64,000 nt of DNA from Gemmatimonadota bacterium (GCA_963666735.1 OY762926.1:3712001-3776000); one strand, 5' to 3'. Counted from the stretch's first letter, positions 30,025-41,011 are shown. Notes: generated from the letters alone by a model not told the origin. Made by a program: numbers and translations.

Positions 30025-30960
30025 GTGGGGCGGCTGAGGGAACGCTGGAGCGGCCTCTGGCCGGCCGCGGGTCTCCTCGGACTGGTCATGCTGCTGTCGC
30101 CGCTGAGTTCGTCGCCGCTCGGACTCATGGCCATCGTCGGCGTACCCGCGGCCGTGGCGATTCTGACCTTCGAACCGCCTCAGTCCGGGTCGGCCGCCCT
30201 GGCGCTGCTGCTCCTGGCCGGAGCGGCGCTCGGGTTTCGGGAGGCGGGGCCGATGTGGTCCATCGAACGCGGCTGGGCGCTGCTTTTGGCCGGCGGATTC
30301 GCCGTCAGCACGGCACTGGCGCCGGATCGGAGAGTGTTCGACCGGTCGCTGGCGGCGGTCGCGATCGCGGGAGCCGCGGTGGCGGCCCTCGCCGTGCTGC
30401 GACCCGAGCTTCCCGCGGACCTCGACTGGCGGATCTCGGCGCAGTTCAACCAGGCGCTGGCCGCGGTCGAGTTCAACGCGTGGGGCGGTCCATCGGTGGA
30501 AGCGGCCGTGCGCCGTCTCGTGAGCGTGTGGCAAGCGGTGTACCCGGCCATGCTCGCGCTCGCTTCGATCTCGGCTCTCGGGGTCGCCGGTTACATTAGC
30601 GGACGACTCCGGGGAGAACAGAGACCTCTCCCGCCGCTGCGGGAGTTCCGGTTCGGCGATCACCTGGCCTGGGTGCTCGTGCTGGGGCTCGTGCTGCTGG
30701 TCCTCCCCGCGGGAGCGTGGGCGGAGCGCGCGGGGGGCAACATGGTTACGGTGATGGGCGGCCTCTATCTGCTCCGGGGTCTTGCGGTGCTCGTGTGGCT
30801 TGGGGCTTCCCTGCTAAGCTCGGGCTGGGCGATCGGCGCGTGGGTGCTCGCGGCGCTGATCCTCTACCCGGTGACGGCGGGCGCGGCCCTCGTCATGGGA
30901 GTCAGCGATACGTGGCTGGACCTGCGGTCGCGTCCGGGGGTGAAAACCAACGGCGCGTGA
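30025..30960 (+). CDS. DUF2232/YybS-like membrane protein
   Basis: Multi-TM protein between rpsR and rplI; ends G..DTWLDLR. Confidence 0.75.
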   Translation: MGRLRERWSGLWPAAGLLGLVMLLSPLSSSPLGLMAIVGVPAAVAILTFEPPQSGSAALALLLLAGAALGFREAGPMWSIERGWALLLAGGFAVSTALAPDRRVFDRSLAAVAIAGAAVAALAVLRPELPADLDWRISAQFNQALAAVEFNAWGGPSVEAAVRRLVSVWQAVYPAMLALASISALGVAGYISGRLRGEQRPLPPLREFRFGDHLAWVLVLGLVLLVLPAGAWAERAGGNMVTVMGGLYLLRGLAVLVWLGASLLSSGWAIGAWVLAALILYPVTAGAALVMGVSDTWLDLRSRPGVKTNGA

Positions 30961-30983
30961 TGTGAAAAAAATTGGAGGGATCG

Positions 30984-31433
30984 ATGGTGGAAGTGATTCT
31001 GAGAAAGGACATCGCGGATCTCGGCCTCGCCGGCGAGATGGTGAACGTGCGGCCGGGGTATGCGCGCAACTACCTCATTCCGCAGGGAATGGCGCTCGTG
31101 GCGACGGAGGGGAACCGGAAGCGGTTCGAGGAAGAGCGGCGCCAGGTCGAACAGTCGGCCGAGCGGGAGCGCGCAGCGGCCCAGGAACTGGCCGGCGAAC
31201 TGGAGGGCAGAACCATGAGCTTCGTCCGCAGGGCGAGCGAGGGCGGACGCCTGTTCGGTTCGGTCACGGCCGCGGACATCGCCGACGAACTGGAGAAGGA
31301 GGGCCTCTCCGTGGACCGGCGCGCGATCCGGCTGGACGACCCGATCAAGGACCTCGGCGAACACGACGTCCCGGTGAGACTCCATATGGACATCGAGCCC
31401 AGCGTCAAGGTGTCGGTGGTCACCGAGGCATAG
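30984..31433 (+). CDS. rplI: 50S ribosomal protein L9
   Basis: EVILRKDI..LG..G..VNVRPGYARNYLIP, GRLFGSVT. Confidence 0.98.
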   Translation: MVEVILRKDIADLGLAGEMVNVRPGYARNYLIPQGMALVATEGNRKRFEEERRQVEQSAERERAAAQELAGELEGRTMSFVRRASEGGRLFGSVTAADIADELEKEGLSVDRRAIRLDDPIKDLGEHDVPVRLHMDIEPSVKVSVVTEA

Positions 31434-31446
31434 CGGGCCGCGGTTG

Positions 31447-31857
31447 ATGAGGCACGATCCGCTCCCGCACGATCCGCTCCCGCTGGAGGAGGTGTGGCGC
31501 CGGCTCTCGGAACGGGGAACCCCCTCCCCGGAACTCCGCAGCGTGGCGGAGGCCGCGCTCGAGCGAAACGCGCGCCTCGCGACGATCCTCGATTTGCGGG
31601 GGTTGTCGGATGTCACCGACTTCTTCGTCATCGCGACGGGCGACTCCGACACGCACGCCCGCGCGATCAGCGAGAACATCCTCGATCGAACGCGCGAGGA
31701 CGGTTTCCGTCCCGTCGGCGTGGAAGGGCTGAACGCGGGTCGCTGGGTGCTGATGGACTACGTGGGGCTCATCGTGCATGTCTTCCTCGATGAAGTCAGG
31801 GAGTTCTATCAGCTTGAGCGGCTGTGGGGCGACGCCCCCCTCTTCGAACTGGAGTGA
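31447..31857 (+). CDS. rsfS: Ribosome silencing factor
   Basis: TDFFVIATG, WVLMDY..IVHVF..REFYQLERLWGD. Confidence 0.95.
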   Translation: MRHDPLPHDPLPLEEVWRRLSERGTPSPELRSVAEAALERNARLATILDLRGLSDVTDFFVIATGDSDTHARAISENILDRTREDGFRPVGVEGLNAGRWVLMDYVGLIVHVFLDEVREFYQLERLWGDAPLFELE

Positions 31858-31954
31858 ATCGGATTCGGGGCGGTTCCGCGACCGGCGGCCGTTTCCCCGG
31901 CCGGAGGCGCGTCGCTAGCTTTGGAGCGCAATCCGTGAGGGTGGGCCGGAGGAT

Positions 31955-33544
31955 GTGGCAGACGTGACGAGTTCGACGAGTTCATTGGGTCGCAAGACGC
32001 CGGCTGCGCTCCTTCTCCTGCTGGGCGTCGGGAGTGCTTCGGGCGCCTGCGGCGGTCCCCCGGAAGATCAGCCCGACCCCCTCGAAGGCCCGACCCTCGT
32101 CTCCGGCTCGTCGCTCGACCGGTACGGACTTCTCGTCATTCCGCGCGCTGGCGGCGTCGCGCAGTTCCGTGCCATCGAGAGTCCGTCCACCGTGCGCTGG
32201 ACCGGACGCCTTCCCCTTGACGGCGTCACGGCGGCCCATTCGCTCGGTTCGGCGGTCGTGCTGCGGCGGGGCCGGCAGCTTCGCCTCTACACGACCTCGC
32301 CGGTCGAGGCCGAGACCCCGCTTCCCGACGCACCCGCCGACGGGCGCTGGATCGCCTCGCCCGCCGGGGGCGCCTTCGTGTCGCAGGATCGGATCCTCGC
32401 CGTCACCTCCACGCGCGCCGCGGAGGTCACCGCCGATGGCGCCGTGCACTGGGCGGCCCCCGCCGCCGGAGACCGGGTCGTCGCCCTCGTCGAAGGCGCG
32501 GACGGGCCCGAACTCGCGGTCTGGGAAGCCGGGGAATCGCGGCCCGCGACGACGCGGGCGGTCGGCACGAGAGGTCCCGTCACGCTCGCGGGCTGGGGTC
32601 GAACGATCGTGACGGCGTCCGAGGATGGCCGGGGACTCACGGAGTGGTCGGTCCCCGACCTCGAACCGGCGGAAGGAGCGGAGATCGACGGCGCGCCGTC
32701 CGCGCTGGCCATCTCCCCCTCCCAGCACCGCGTGTTCGCCGCGTCGGTCGACCGGCCGCGTTTCGTGGTGATCGATCGCTACGACTGGAGCGAAGTCGGA
32801 TCCTCGCGACTGGAGGCGCCCTTCGAGACGTTGCGGCCCGGCATGACGGGTGGCCGGCTCGTGGCTTGGGATGGTTCGAACGCGTGGTCCGCGAGGGCGG
32901 GAGAGATCGACTTGGACGCGGTGCCCGGAGAGTGGCGGGCGGACCTGCCGCTCGCGCTGCCGGGCGGGGCGATCCTGGTGTCCACGGCGAGCGGCCTCGG
33001 CCTCCTCCGCCCGGGCGGTGAAGTCGACGCCGTGGAGGGCTCCGCCGACGCGTGGTGGCTCCCGTTCCGGTGGGGGCGCCGCCTGCCCGTCGCGTCCGCC
33101 GCCATCGTGCCGGAGGACACGCTGGAAGATGCCGAAGAGGCGCTCGATGCGCTCGCCGACAGCGTTCCGCCCGGCCGCATCGGACTGTTGACCGTGGGGA
33201 GGGCGGGGAGGACGGGGAGGACGTCGAACCGGAGCCCGGAAACGTCCGATGATCCGGCGCCGGCTCCGCTGCCCGAGCTTCCCGGCGGCTTCTACGCCGT
33301 CGCGCTCTCTTCGCGGCAGTTGGCCGCGCTCGGACAGATGCGCCAACTCCTCGACCGCTCCGGCTATTCGACGCATGTGTTGCGCCGGATGGACGAGGCC
33401 AACGACATCTGGTATCGGCTTCTCGTGGGCCCGTATGCGACGCGCCCCGATGCCGAGGACGCCGCGCTGGAGTTGCGGCGAGAGAGGGGGATCGACGCGT
33501 GGGTTCACGAGGAGGGAGACCGAGCGGCGAGGCGAGGCCCATGA
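31955..33544 (+). CDS. Lipoprotein with beta-rich region and C-terminal SPOR domain
   Basis: Signal peptide ending ASGAC; C-terminal FYAVAL...WYRLLVGPYATR.DAE SPOR-like motif. Confidence 0.7.
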   Translation: MADVTSSTSSLGRKTPAALLLLLGVGSASGACGGPPEDQPDPLEGPTLVSGSSLDRYGLLVIPRAGGVAQFRAIESPSTVRWTGRLPLDGVTAAHSLGSAVVLRRGRQLRLYTTSPVEAETPLPDAPADGRWIASPAGGAFVSQDRILAVTSTRAAEVTADGAVHWAAPAAGDRVVALVEGADGPELAVWEAGESRPATTRAVGTRGPVTLAGWGRTIVTASEDGRGLTEWSVPDLEPAEGAEIDGAPSALAISPSQHRVFAASVDRPRFVVIDRYDWSEVGSSRLEAPFETLRPGMTGGRLVAWDGSNAWSARAGEIDLDAVPGEWRADLPLALPGGAILVSTASGLGLLRPGGEVDAVEGSADAWWLPFRWGRRLPVASAAIVPEDTLEDAEEALDALADSVPPGRIGLLTVGRAGRTGRTSNRSPETSDDPAPAPLPELPGGFYAVALSSRQLAALGQMRQLLDRSGYSTHVLRRMDEANDIWYRLLVGPYATRPDAEDAALELRRERGIDAWVHEEGDRAARRGP

Positions 33545-35118
33545 GCGCCGCCGATCCGAGACCGTTCACGTGGGAACTGCCCGGGGATGCGCGGATCGTG
33601 GCGCTCGTGTTCCAGGGTTCGGAAGCCGAGCGAAGCGCGACGGTCGTTGACGCGATCGCCACCTCCGTCGCCCGGCGGCGGGGACGGACGCTCGTCCTCA
33701 ACTCCGAGTCCGGGTCGTCGCCCCTCGACGAACTCGCCGGCGCGCCCGAACGGGCCGACTCCGGCGGAATGGCCGCGTTCCTCGCGGGCCAGTCCGGACT
33801 CGCCCGGGTCGCCGTGCGGCGCGCGGACTGTCCGTATGTGTACCTGCCGGCGGGACAGGTGCCGGAAGGCGTCGTCGGCCTGCTGGAGTCCCCCGCGCTC
33901 GGGCGCTTCGTTTCTCGCGTGAAGGAGGGGGGCGGGACGCTCTTTGTCGCCATGTCCGAGCACGGGCGGCCCCCCCCCGATCTGCTCGGTCTCCTGGACG
34001 GGTACATCGCCGTGGGAAGCGTCCCCCCCCCGGCGCGCGACCTGCGGTGCTACGGTCTCGTGCCCTTCGAGTCGAGCGCGGCCCCCGGGCCGACGCCCGT
34101 GGAGGACGCAGCCGCGCCTCAGCCGGAGCCCGAGCCTCAGCCGGAGCCCGAACCCCCGTCGGAGTCCGCCGAACCCGCGCCGGGGCCCGCGCTTCAGCCG
34201 GCCCTCGAGCCCGAGCCTGACGCGGCTCCGGCGCCCGCGGCGTCGGCGGTGTCGGCGGCGTCCGCAAGAGCCCGAGGCGGCCGCTCGCGAGCGGCGCTCG
34301 CCGCGGCGCTGGCCATCGCGGCGCTGGCGGTCGGCAACTGGTGGGCGTACAGGAACGGATGGCTCGACAGCGCGATCTCCCGCGTCGGGTCGATGATCGC
34401 GGCCGGGGAGGAGGCTCCGGCGGCTGCGGTGATGTCCGCCGAGGGTGGCCCGGCGGCCGAGGCTGGCTCAGTCGCCGAGGATGGCCGGCCCGCTGCGGAT
34501 CGCCTGGCCGCCGGCGAAGCGGGCACGCCGACGGATCCGCCGGACGTTGCCGAGCCAGCCTCCATCTGGCAGGCACCGGATGAAGCCGCGGTCGCCGCCG
34601 CGTTCGAGTCGGCTGCGGAGCGACCGTACTCCGTGCTCCTCGGGAGCTTCACGAGTCCGGTCGACGCGGCCGAGCGCATGGCGGAATTCCGTGCGCTCCA
34701 TGGAGGGACGCTGTACTTCATGGCTCCCACGACGATTCGGGACGGCCGGTATCAACGGATCCTCGCCGGGGCCGTCGCGAGCGAGACGGAGGCCTCCGCC
34801 CTCATGGACGAACTCGTGGCGGCCGGCGCCGCCGAGGAGGCCAATGCGTGGCTCCTCCGTCCCGTGAGATTCGCGTACGATCTCGGCGTGTTCACGGATC
34901 GCCCGCTCATGGAGGCGCGGATCGCCGAACTCGCCTCGCTCGGCGTCCCCGTGTACGGCCTGGAGACGACGCTCGACGGCACGCCGGTCTTCAGGGTGTA
35001 CGGGGGCGCGTACGAGGACGCGGAGGCTGCCGCGCCCATGAGCGATGTCCTGGAAGCCGCCGGCGAAAGCGCGCCGCTCATCGTGAGGCGCGGCGACGCC
35101 ATTCCTTCAACCCGCTGA
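33541..35118 (+). CDS. Membrane protein: degenerate MinD/ParA-like N-domain, Pro-rich linker, TM, SPOR-like C-terminal domains
   Basis: ATGA overlap with upstream gene; YSVLLGSF and FRVYGGAYED SPOR-like strands; single TM. Confidence 0.65.
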   Translation: MSAADPRPFTWELPGDARIVALVFQGSEAERSATVVDAIATSVARRRGRTLVLNSESGSSPLDELAGAPERADSGGMAAFLAGQSGLARVAVRRADCPYVYLPAGQVPEGVVGLLESPALGRFVSRVKEGGGTLFVAMSEHGRPPPDLLGLLDGYIAVGSVPPPARDLRCYGLVPFESSAAPGPTPVEDAAAPQPEPEPQPEPEPPSESAEPAPGPALQPALEPEPDAAPAPAASAVSAASARARGGRSRAALAAALAIAALAVGNWWAYRNGWLDSAISRVGSMIAAGEEAPAAAVMSAEGGPAAEAGSVAEDGRPAADRLAAGEAGTPTDPPDVAEPASIWQAPDEAAVAAAFESAAERPYSVLLGSFTSPVDAAERMAEFRALHGGTLYFMAPTTIRDGRYQRILAGAVASETEASALMDELVAAGAAEEANAWLLRPVRFAYDLGVFTDRPLMEARIAELASLGVPVYGLETTLDGTPVFRVYGGAYEDAEAAAPMSDVLEAAGESAPLIVRRGDAIPSTR

Positions 35119-35124
35119 GCGCCT

Positions 35125-38100
35125 TTGAAGATCAAGGCCCTGACGCTGCGCGGATTCAAGTCGTTCGCCGACCGGACGCGGATCGAACTGCATCACGGCA
35201 TCACCGCCGTCGTCGGCCCCAACGGCTGCGGAAAATCGAACCTCTCCGATGCGCTGCGCTGGGTTCTGGGAGAACAACGCCCCACCGCCATCCGCGGGTC
35301 CCGCATGGAGGAGGCGATCTTCGGGGGGACGGAGGCGCGGCGGCCCATCCACCGGGCCGAAGTCCTGCTCGAAATCTCGAACGAGGACGGCGTGCTTCCG
35401 GTGCCCTACGCCGACGTCGCGATCGGCCGCACCGTCTACCGCGGAGGCGAGAGCGAATACACGCTCAACGGGACGGCTTGCCGGCTCAAGGACATCCTGG
35501 ACCTGTGCCGGGACACCGGGCTGGGCTCGAACGCCTACGCGATGATCGAGGGCCGCATGGTGGACGCGATCCTCTCGGACCGCGCCGAGGAGCGCCGGAC
35601 GCTGTTCGAGGAAGCGGCCGGAATCGGGCGCTACAAGGACCGCCGCAGGATCGCGACCCGCCGGATCGAGCAGGCGGACGGCGACCTGCAGCGGCTCGAG
35701 GACGTGCTGATCGAGGTGGGATCCAAGGTCCGCTCACTCGCGCAGCAGCGCGGGCGGGCGGAGCGCCATGCGAAGCTCCGGGCCCGGCTCCTGCAACTCG
35801 AGATCGCCGTCGCGGACGCCCGGCTCGAGGAGACGGCCGGGCGGCTGGCCGAAGCACGGGCGGAACTCGAACGCCTCGAGCCGGAAACCGGGTCGGACAC
35901 CGGGCCGGACCATGTGGATCTGCGCACGGCGGAGACCCGCGCGGAGACGCTGCGCCTGGAGTACACCGACATGGAGCGGGACCGGGCCGGCCTCGCCCGG
36001 CGCCTGGAGGAGGCCCGGCGCGCCGTGGAGGAGCAGGAGCGCACCCGTCTCCTGGCCGGGGAGCGAGGCTCGAACGCGCGTGATCGGCTGGGGACCCTGG
36101 AGGAGGAAGTGCGCCGGAACGAACGTCGGCGCGAGGACCTCCGGGAGCGCGTGGCGGAAGCACGGGCGGCCTTGAGGGAGGGACAGTCCCTCGCCGCCGA
36201 AGGCGCCGCCGCGGCGGCTCAGCTCGCGCTTCGAGCGGAGGCTCTGGCCGAGACGGCCCGCACCGCCGCGAGCGAGCGTGACGCCGCCCGGGAAGCGCTC
36301 GAGGACGCGCGCCGGGAGGTGGAGCGCTGGCGGCTCGAACTCAGCGTGAAGGAGGTAAGGGCCCGCGACCGCAGCGAGGAACTCAAGCGGCGCCGGCCGG
36401 CCCTCGACGCGCTCGCCGCCCAGGAGCATGGCCTCCGGACGGAGGCTGAGAGTGCGTCGGAACGCGAGGCGCAGGCGGGCCGGACGCTGGAGGCTGCGCG
36501 CGACCGGCTGCAGGCGGCGCGTGACACCGCGTCCTCCGCGGACGGGGCGCTGCGCCGAGCCCGCGAAGCAGCGGCCGACCTGGAGGGCCGCCTCGCCGCC
36601 GCGCGCGCCCGTGCTTCGAGTCTCGGGTCTCTGGTAGGGTCGAGCGCGCTGCTCCCGGAGGCCGTCGCCGAACTGCTGAAGGACCGGAACGCGATCCCCG
36701 GTCTCCACGGCGCGCTGTCGGAGTTCATGGAAGCTTCCGCCGACTGGGCATCCGCGGTCGAGTCTCATCTCGGCCCCTACCTGCACGGCGTCGTCGTGCG
36801 CGACTGGTCCGCGGTCCAGGCGGTCGAGGCATGGCTTGAACGGCGCGGCGGAGAGGGCGGCATCCTGGTGCTCCCGCTCGATCCCGGGCCGCTGCCGGGC
36901 CCCGCGGAGGCCGACGCGCCGCTCATGCGACACGTCGACGCCAAGGGTGCCGGTGCGGCCTGGGTGAAGGCGCTGCTGGCGGGCGTCGGGGTCCCCTCTG
37001 GCGGCGAACTCGCGCCGCGCCCGCACCCGTGGGTGGATGCCGGGGGGCGCCGACAGGATCGGTGGGGCGGCGTCTACGTGGGAGGCGCCGCTTCGGAGGG
37101 ACTCCTGAGCCGCCGGGCCGAACTTCGGACGCTGCGCGAGGAAGTGGCGGCGCTGGAAAAGGATCGCGCGCGCTCGCGAGAGGCGGTCGGGGAGTTCGTG
37201 GACGCCGCGGCGGACGCGTTCGCGCAGGTGAACGCGCTGCGGCGCTCGGTGTCCGATGCGGAGTCGACCCGCCGCGAAGCCGAAACCGACCGGACCTCCG
37301 CGGAGGCGCGGCTCGTCCGTCTTGACCAGGAGCGCAGCGAACTCGCCGGCCGCATCGAACAACTGGAAGCCTTCAGCGAAGATGAGGTGTCGCTCTCGGC
37401 GGACGACGACGCGCGCCGCGGCGAACTCGATGAGCGGGTCGCGCAGTTGTCCTCCACGTACGCGGACGCGCGAGAGAAGGCCGGCGTCGCCCGTGCCGCC
37501 GCCGACACCGGGAGGGCCGAACTCCACGAAGCGCAACTGGCGCAGGCGCGGCGGGAAGCCCAGGTCGAGAATCGACGCGGAGTGGAAAGCCGCCTCGCCG
37601 AGGCCGCGGGCGACGCGGAGGCGCGCTCGCGGACGCAGGCCCGGGAAGTGGACCGGCTCAACGCTCTGATCGCGGAGAGCAAGGCGCAGTCGGAGGAACT
37701 GGAGACGTCCATCGGCGCCGGGCTCGAAGCGAGAACGCGGTGTGAAGCGGATCTGGCGGCGCTGGAGCGCCGCATCGTCGAACGCCGCGGGCGACTGGAC
37801 AGACTCGAGTCGGAGCTGAGCGACGCGCGGCGCCTCGAGCGCGAGCGCGTGGATGCCCGGCATCGGCTCGAGCTGGAGATCACGCAACTGGAGGCGAGGG
37901 AGTTCGGGATTCGGGGCCGCGTGGAAGCGGAATGGGATGCGCCGCTCGCGGAACTCCGGGAACGCGCCGACCCCGTCGACGACGGGGCGCCCGCCGAATG
38001 GGAACCCGAACTGGAGCGCGTGCGGCGCTCGATCGCCCGCATCGGCCCGGTCAATCTCCTCGCGCAGCAGGAATACGAGGAAGAGCAGAAGCGTCTCGAC

Positions 38101-38652
38101 TTCCTGACGGAGCAGCGCGACGACCTGACCCGGGCGCGCGACGACCTCCGCACCTCGATCCGCCAGATCAACCGGCAGGCCACCTCCGCGCTCCTGGAGA
38201 CGTTCGAGCAGGTGAGGGCCAACTTCCACCGCACCTTCGACTCGCTGTTCGAGGGCGGGCAGTGCGACCTCCGGTTCGAGAATCCCGACGACGCCCTGGA
38301 CTCCCCGATCGAGATCTCGGCCAGCCCGCGCGGCAAGAAGACGCAGCGGATTCACCTGCTTTCCGGCGGTGAACGGGCCCTGACCGCGCTCGCCCTGCTG
38401 TTCGCCATCTATCTCGCGAAGCCGAGCCCGTTTTGTCTGCTGGACGAGGTGGACGCGCCGCTGGACGAAACGAACATCCTGCGGTTCGTCGGCATGCTGA
38501 AGGAATTCAAGGAGGAGACGCAGTTCATCGTCATCACCCACAATCCGCGAACCATCGAGAACGCGGACTGGATCTACGGCGTGACGATGCAGGAAGCCGG
38601 CGTCTCCTCGATCGTCGGCGTGGAGTTCAACTCCGCCACGCAGGTGGCGTGA
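35125..38652 (+). CDS. smc: Chromosome segregation protein SMC
   Basis: GFKSFAD, GPNGCGKSN, long coiled coils, LLSGGE, LLDEVDAPLD, FIVITH. Confidence 0.97.
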   Translation: MKIKALTLRGFKSFADRTRIELHHGITAVVGPNGCGKSNLSDALRWVLGEQRPTAIRGSRMEEAIFGGTEARRPIHRAEVLLEISNEDGVLPVPYADVAIGRTVYRGGESEYTLNGTACRLKDILDLCRDTGLGSNAYAMIEGRMVDAILSDRAEERRTLFEEAAGIGRYKDRRRIATRRIEQADGDLQRLEDVLIEVGSKVRSLAQQRGRAERHAKLRARLLQLEIAVADARLEETAGRLAEARAELERLEPETGSDTGPDHVDLRTAETRAETLRLEYTDMERDRAGLARRLEEARRAVEEQERTRLLAGERGSNARDRLGTLEEEVRRNERRREDLRERVAEARAALREGQSLAAEGAAAAAQLALRAEALAETARTAASERDAAREALEDARREVERWRLELSVKEVRARDRSEELKRRRPALDALAAQEHGLRTEAESASEREAQAGRTLEAARDRLQAARDTASSADGALRRAREAAADLEGRLAAARARASSLGSLVGSSALLPEAVAELLKDRNAIPGLHGALSEFMEASADWASAVESHLGPYLHGVVVRDWSAVQAVEAWLERRGGEGGILVLPLDPGPLPGPAEADAPLMRHVDAKGAGAAWVKALLAGVGVPSGGELAPRPHPWVDAGGRRQDRWGGVYVGGAASEGLLSRRAELRTLREEVAALEKDRARSREAVGEFVDAAADAFAQVNALRRSVSDAESTRREAETDRTSAEARLVRLDQERSELAGRIEQLEAFSEDEVSLSADDDARRGELDERVAQLSSTYADAREKAGVARAAADTGRAELHEAQLAQARREAQVENRRGVESRLAEAAGDAEARSRTQAREVDRLNALIAESKAQSEELETSIGAGLEARTRCEADLAALERRIVERRGRLDRLESELSDARRLERERVDARHRLELEITQLEAREFGIRGRVEAEWDAPLAELRERADPVDDGAPAEWEPELERVRRSIARIGPVNLLAQQEYEEEQKRLDFLTEQRDDLTRARDDLRTSIRQINRQATSALLETFEQVRANFHRTFDSLFEGGQCDLRFENPDDALDSPIEISASPRGKKTQRIHLLSGGERALTALALLFAIYLAKPSPFCLLDEVDAPLDETNILRFVGMLKEFKEETQFIVITHNPRTIENADWIYGVTMQEAGVSSIVGVEFNSATQVA

Positions 38653-39515
38653 GCGAGGCCGAACCCGCGGCACACGCGGCGGACGGTAAGGCGCCGGACG
38701 GGACCGGGGCGGACGAACTGATCGTCGTCGGGTGCGGCACCGTCGTCCCCGAAGCGGACCGGGCCGCCTCCTCCTACTGGGTCTCGTCCCCCGGCACGGG
38801 ATCCGCGGGGGGCACGCGCATCCTCTTCGACTGCGGTCCCGGAGCTCTCCAGGCGCTTGCCCGACTCGGCCTGCCCTGGGGGAAGATCACCGATCTCGCG
38901 ATCACCCACTTTCACGCCGATCACGTCGGCGCGCTTCCAGGGTTCTTCTTCGCGCTCAAACACGGTCTCGCCCGACCCCGCACACGACCGCTCACGGTGT
39001 GGGGCCCCCCGGGCACCCGCGGGTTCTTCGAGAAGCTGGCGGGCGCCTACGGCGACTTCGTCCTGGATCCGGGGTTCTCCGTCCTCATCGAGGAACTCCC
39101 GCCGGGCGCGTCCCGCGACCTGAGCGGAGGTCCGCGACTCGAAGCCCACAAGACACCGCACACGAAGGAGAGCGTCGCGTGGCGGCTTGAGGGCGGGGCG
39201 TTCAGCTTCGGTTACACCGGCGACACGGGGCCGTCCACTGGGCCGTCCACGGAACTGGGCTCGGTCATGCGCGGGGTGAGCGCCCTCGTCTGCGAGTGCT
39301 CGCTCCACGACTCGCAGGCGTCGCACAACCACCTTTCGCCCGCGCGCGTCGCCGAGTTGGCGACCTCCGCGGCTCCGCGCCTTCTTGTGCTCACACACAT
39401 CTACCCGCACTTCCGAATGGGCCACGATGTTTCCCGTCTCGTGGCCGAGGCCGGATACGCCGGCGATACCTGCGTCGCGAGGGAGGGACTCCGGGTCTCG
39501 TTGACGAACAGGTGA
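38649..39515 (+). CDS. MBL-fold metallo-hydrolase (RNase Z-like)
   Basis: LFDCGPG, THFHADH, YTGDT, LVLTH. Confidence 0.88.
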   Translation: MSEAEPAAHAADGKAPDGTGADELIVVGCGTVVPEADRAASSYWVSSPGTGSAGGTRILFDCGPGALQALARLGLPWGKITDLAITHFHADHVGALPGFFFALKHGLARPRTRPLTVWGPPGTRGFFEKLAGAYGDFVLDPGFSVLIEELPPGASRDLSGGPRLEAHKTPHTKESVAWRLEGGAFSFGYTGDTGPSTGPSTELGSVMRGVSALVCECSLHDSQASHNHLSPARVAELATSAAPRLLVLTHIYPHFRMGHDVSRLVAEAGYAGDTCVAREGLRVSLTNR

Positions 39516-39579
39516 TGCCAGTGGAGTATCCTGCTCCGGGCGCGCGCACGACGGGCGAAAGACACTCACGGGGGGAACG

Positions 39580-40623
39580 ATGCTGGTGGTCATGAAGCAC
39601 GGCGCCACGGACGGGCAGGTCGAAGACGTGGTCCGCGCGATCGAGGATATGGGGTATCGGGCCCGGCCCATGCCGGGTGCCCAGCGCACGACCGTGGGCC
39701 TGGTCGGCAACGATGGAAGCGTCGAGGCGAGCCGGCTCGTGGGGATCGAGGGCGTGCTCCGAGTCATTCACGTGTCGCCGCCGTACAAGCAGGTGAGCCG
39801 GGAATGGTGCCCCGAGGACACGGTCATCGAACTGCCCAACGGCGTGCGGATCGGCGAGAAGGACGTCGCCGTCATGGCCGGCCCGTGCTCCGTGGAATCG
39901 CGCGAACAGATTCTGGAGACCGCGCACCGGGTCGCGGAAGCCGGGGCGACCGTCCTGCGCGGCGGAGCCTTCAAGCCGCGGACCTCGCCCTATTCCTTCC
40001 AGGGGCTGGGAGAAGAGGGGCTGGAGTTGCTCGCCCGCGCGCGGGAGGAAACGGGCCTCGCGATCATCACCGAGGCGCTGGACATGGACAGCATGGGCCT
40101 CGTCGCGGAATACACCGACATCATCCAGATCGGCGCGCGGAACATGCAGAACTACTCCCTGCTGCGGGCGGCGGGCCGGGTCGGCAAACCGGTTCTCCTC
40201 AAGCGGGGGATGGCCGCGACGATCAAGGAGTTGCTGCTCGCCGCGGAGTATATCGTCGCCGAGGGAGAGTCGCGCGTGATGCTGTGCGAGCGCGGCGTCC
40301 GCAACTTCGACACGCACGCGCGAAACCTCTTCGACCTCACCGCCATCGTGACGATCCACGAGTTGTCGCACCTCCCGATCGTCGCGGACCCCAGCCACGG
40401 CACGGGGGCCCGGTCGAAGGTAGGACCGATGGCCCGCGCCGCGGTTGCGGCGGGCGCGGACGCGCTCATCCTCGAGGTCCATCCCGATCCCGCGAAGGCG
40501 GCTTCGGACGGCCAGCAGTCTCTCACGCTCGAGCAGTTCGACGCGCTGATGGCTGAGCTCCACCCCATCGCGAACGCCATCGGCCGCCGGATCGCGCGTC
40601 CCCGCGTCCCCGCCCACGACTGA
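39580..40623 (+). CDS. aroF: DAHP synthase (type I-beta with N-terminal regulatory domain)
   Basis: [47 protein letters not shown]. Confidence 0.96.
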   Translation: MLVVMKHGATDGQVEDVVRAIEDMGYRARPMPGAQRTTVGLVGNDGSVEASRLVGIEGVLRVIHVSPPYKQVSREWCPEDTVIELPNGVRIGEKDVAVMAGPCSVESREQILETAHRVAEAGATVLRGGAFKPRTSPYSFQGLGEEGLELLARAREETGLAIITEALDMDSMGLVAEYTDIIQIGARNMQNYSLLRAAGRVGKPVLLKRGMAATIKELLLAAEYIVAEGESRVMLCERGVRNFDTHARNLFDLTAIVTIHELSHLPIVADPSHGTGARSKVGPMARAAVAAGADALILEVHPDPAKAASDGQQSLTLEQFDALMAELHPIANAIGRRIARPRVPAHD

Positions 40624-41011
40624 CCGGACCCGGCGCGTCCAGCCCCGGACGAAGAGCGGCCTCGGCAGCCTCGGAGAGCGCATCGCCGCGCGCCACCTGG
40701 CGGACGCGGGATACGAAATCCTCGATCGAAACTGGCGCGTGGGGCGGCTGGAGATCGATCTGGTCGTCAGGGATGGAGACACGGTGGCCTTCGTCGAGGT
40801 GAAGACGCGCCGCTCCGGTGTGCAGGCGCCCGAGGAGGCGCTCTCCCGGGCCCAGCGGGGGAGAATCCGCCGCGCGGCCGGAGCGTGGCTCGGCCGGCAC
40901 CCCGCCGCCGCCACGGAGGCCCGCTTCGACCTCGTCGCCGTGGAGGTCGGCCGCCGCGGGACGTGCCGGGTTCAGCACATCCCGGAAGCCTTCTACGGCG
41001 ACGATGCATGA
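40616..41011 (+). CDS. YraN family endonuclease-fold protein (probable ACG start)
   Basis: [42 protein letters not shown]; conserved N-terminus lies upstream of the first canonical start. Confidence 0.85.
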   Translation, partial: TTDRTRRVQPRTKSGLGSLGERIAARHLADAGYEILDRNWRVGRLEIDLVVRDGDTVAFVEVKTRRSGVQAPEEALSRAQRGRIRRAAGAWLGRHPAAATEARFDLVAVEVGRRGTCRVQHIPEAFYGDDA

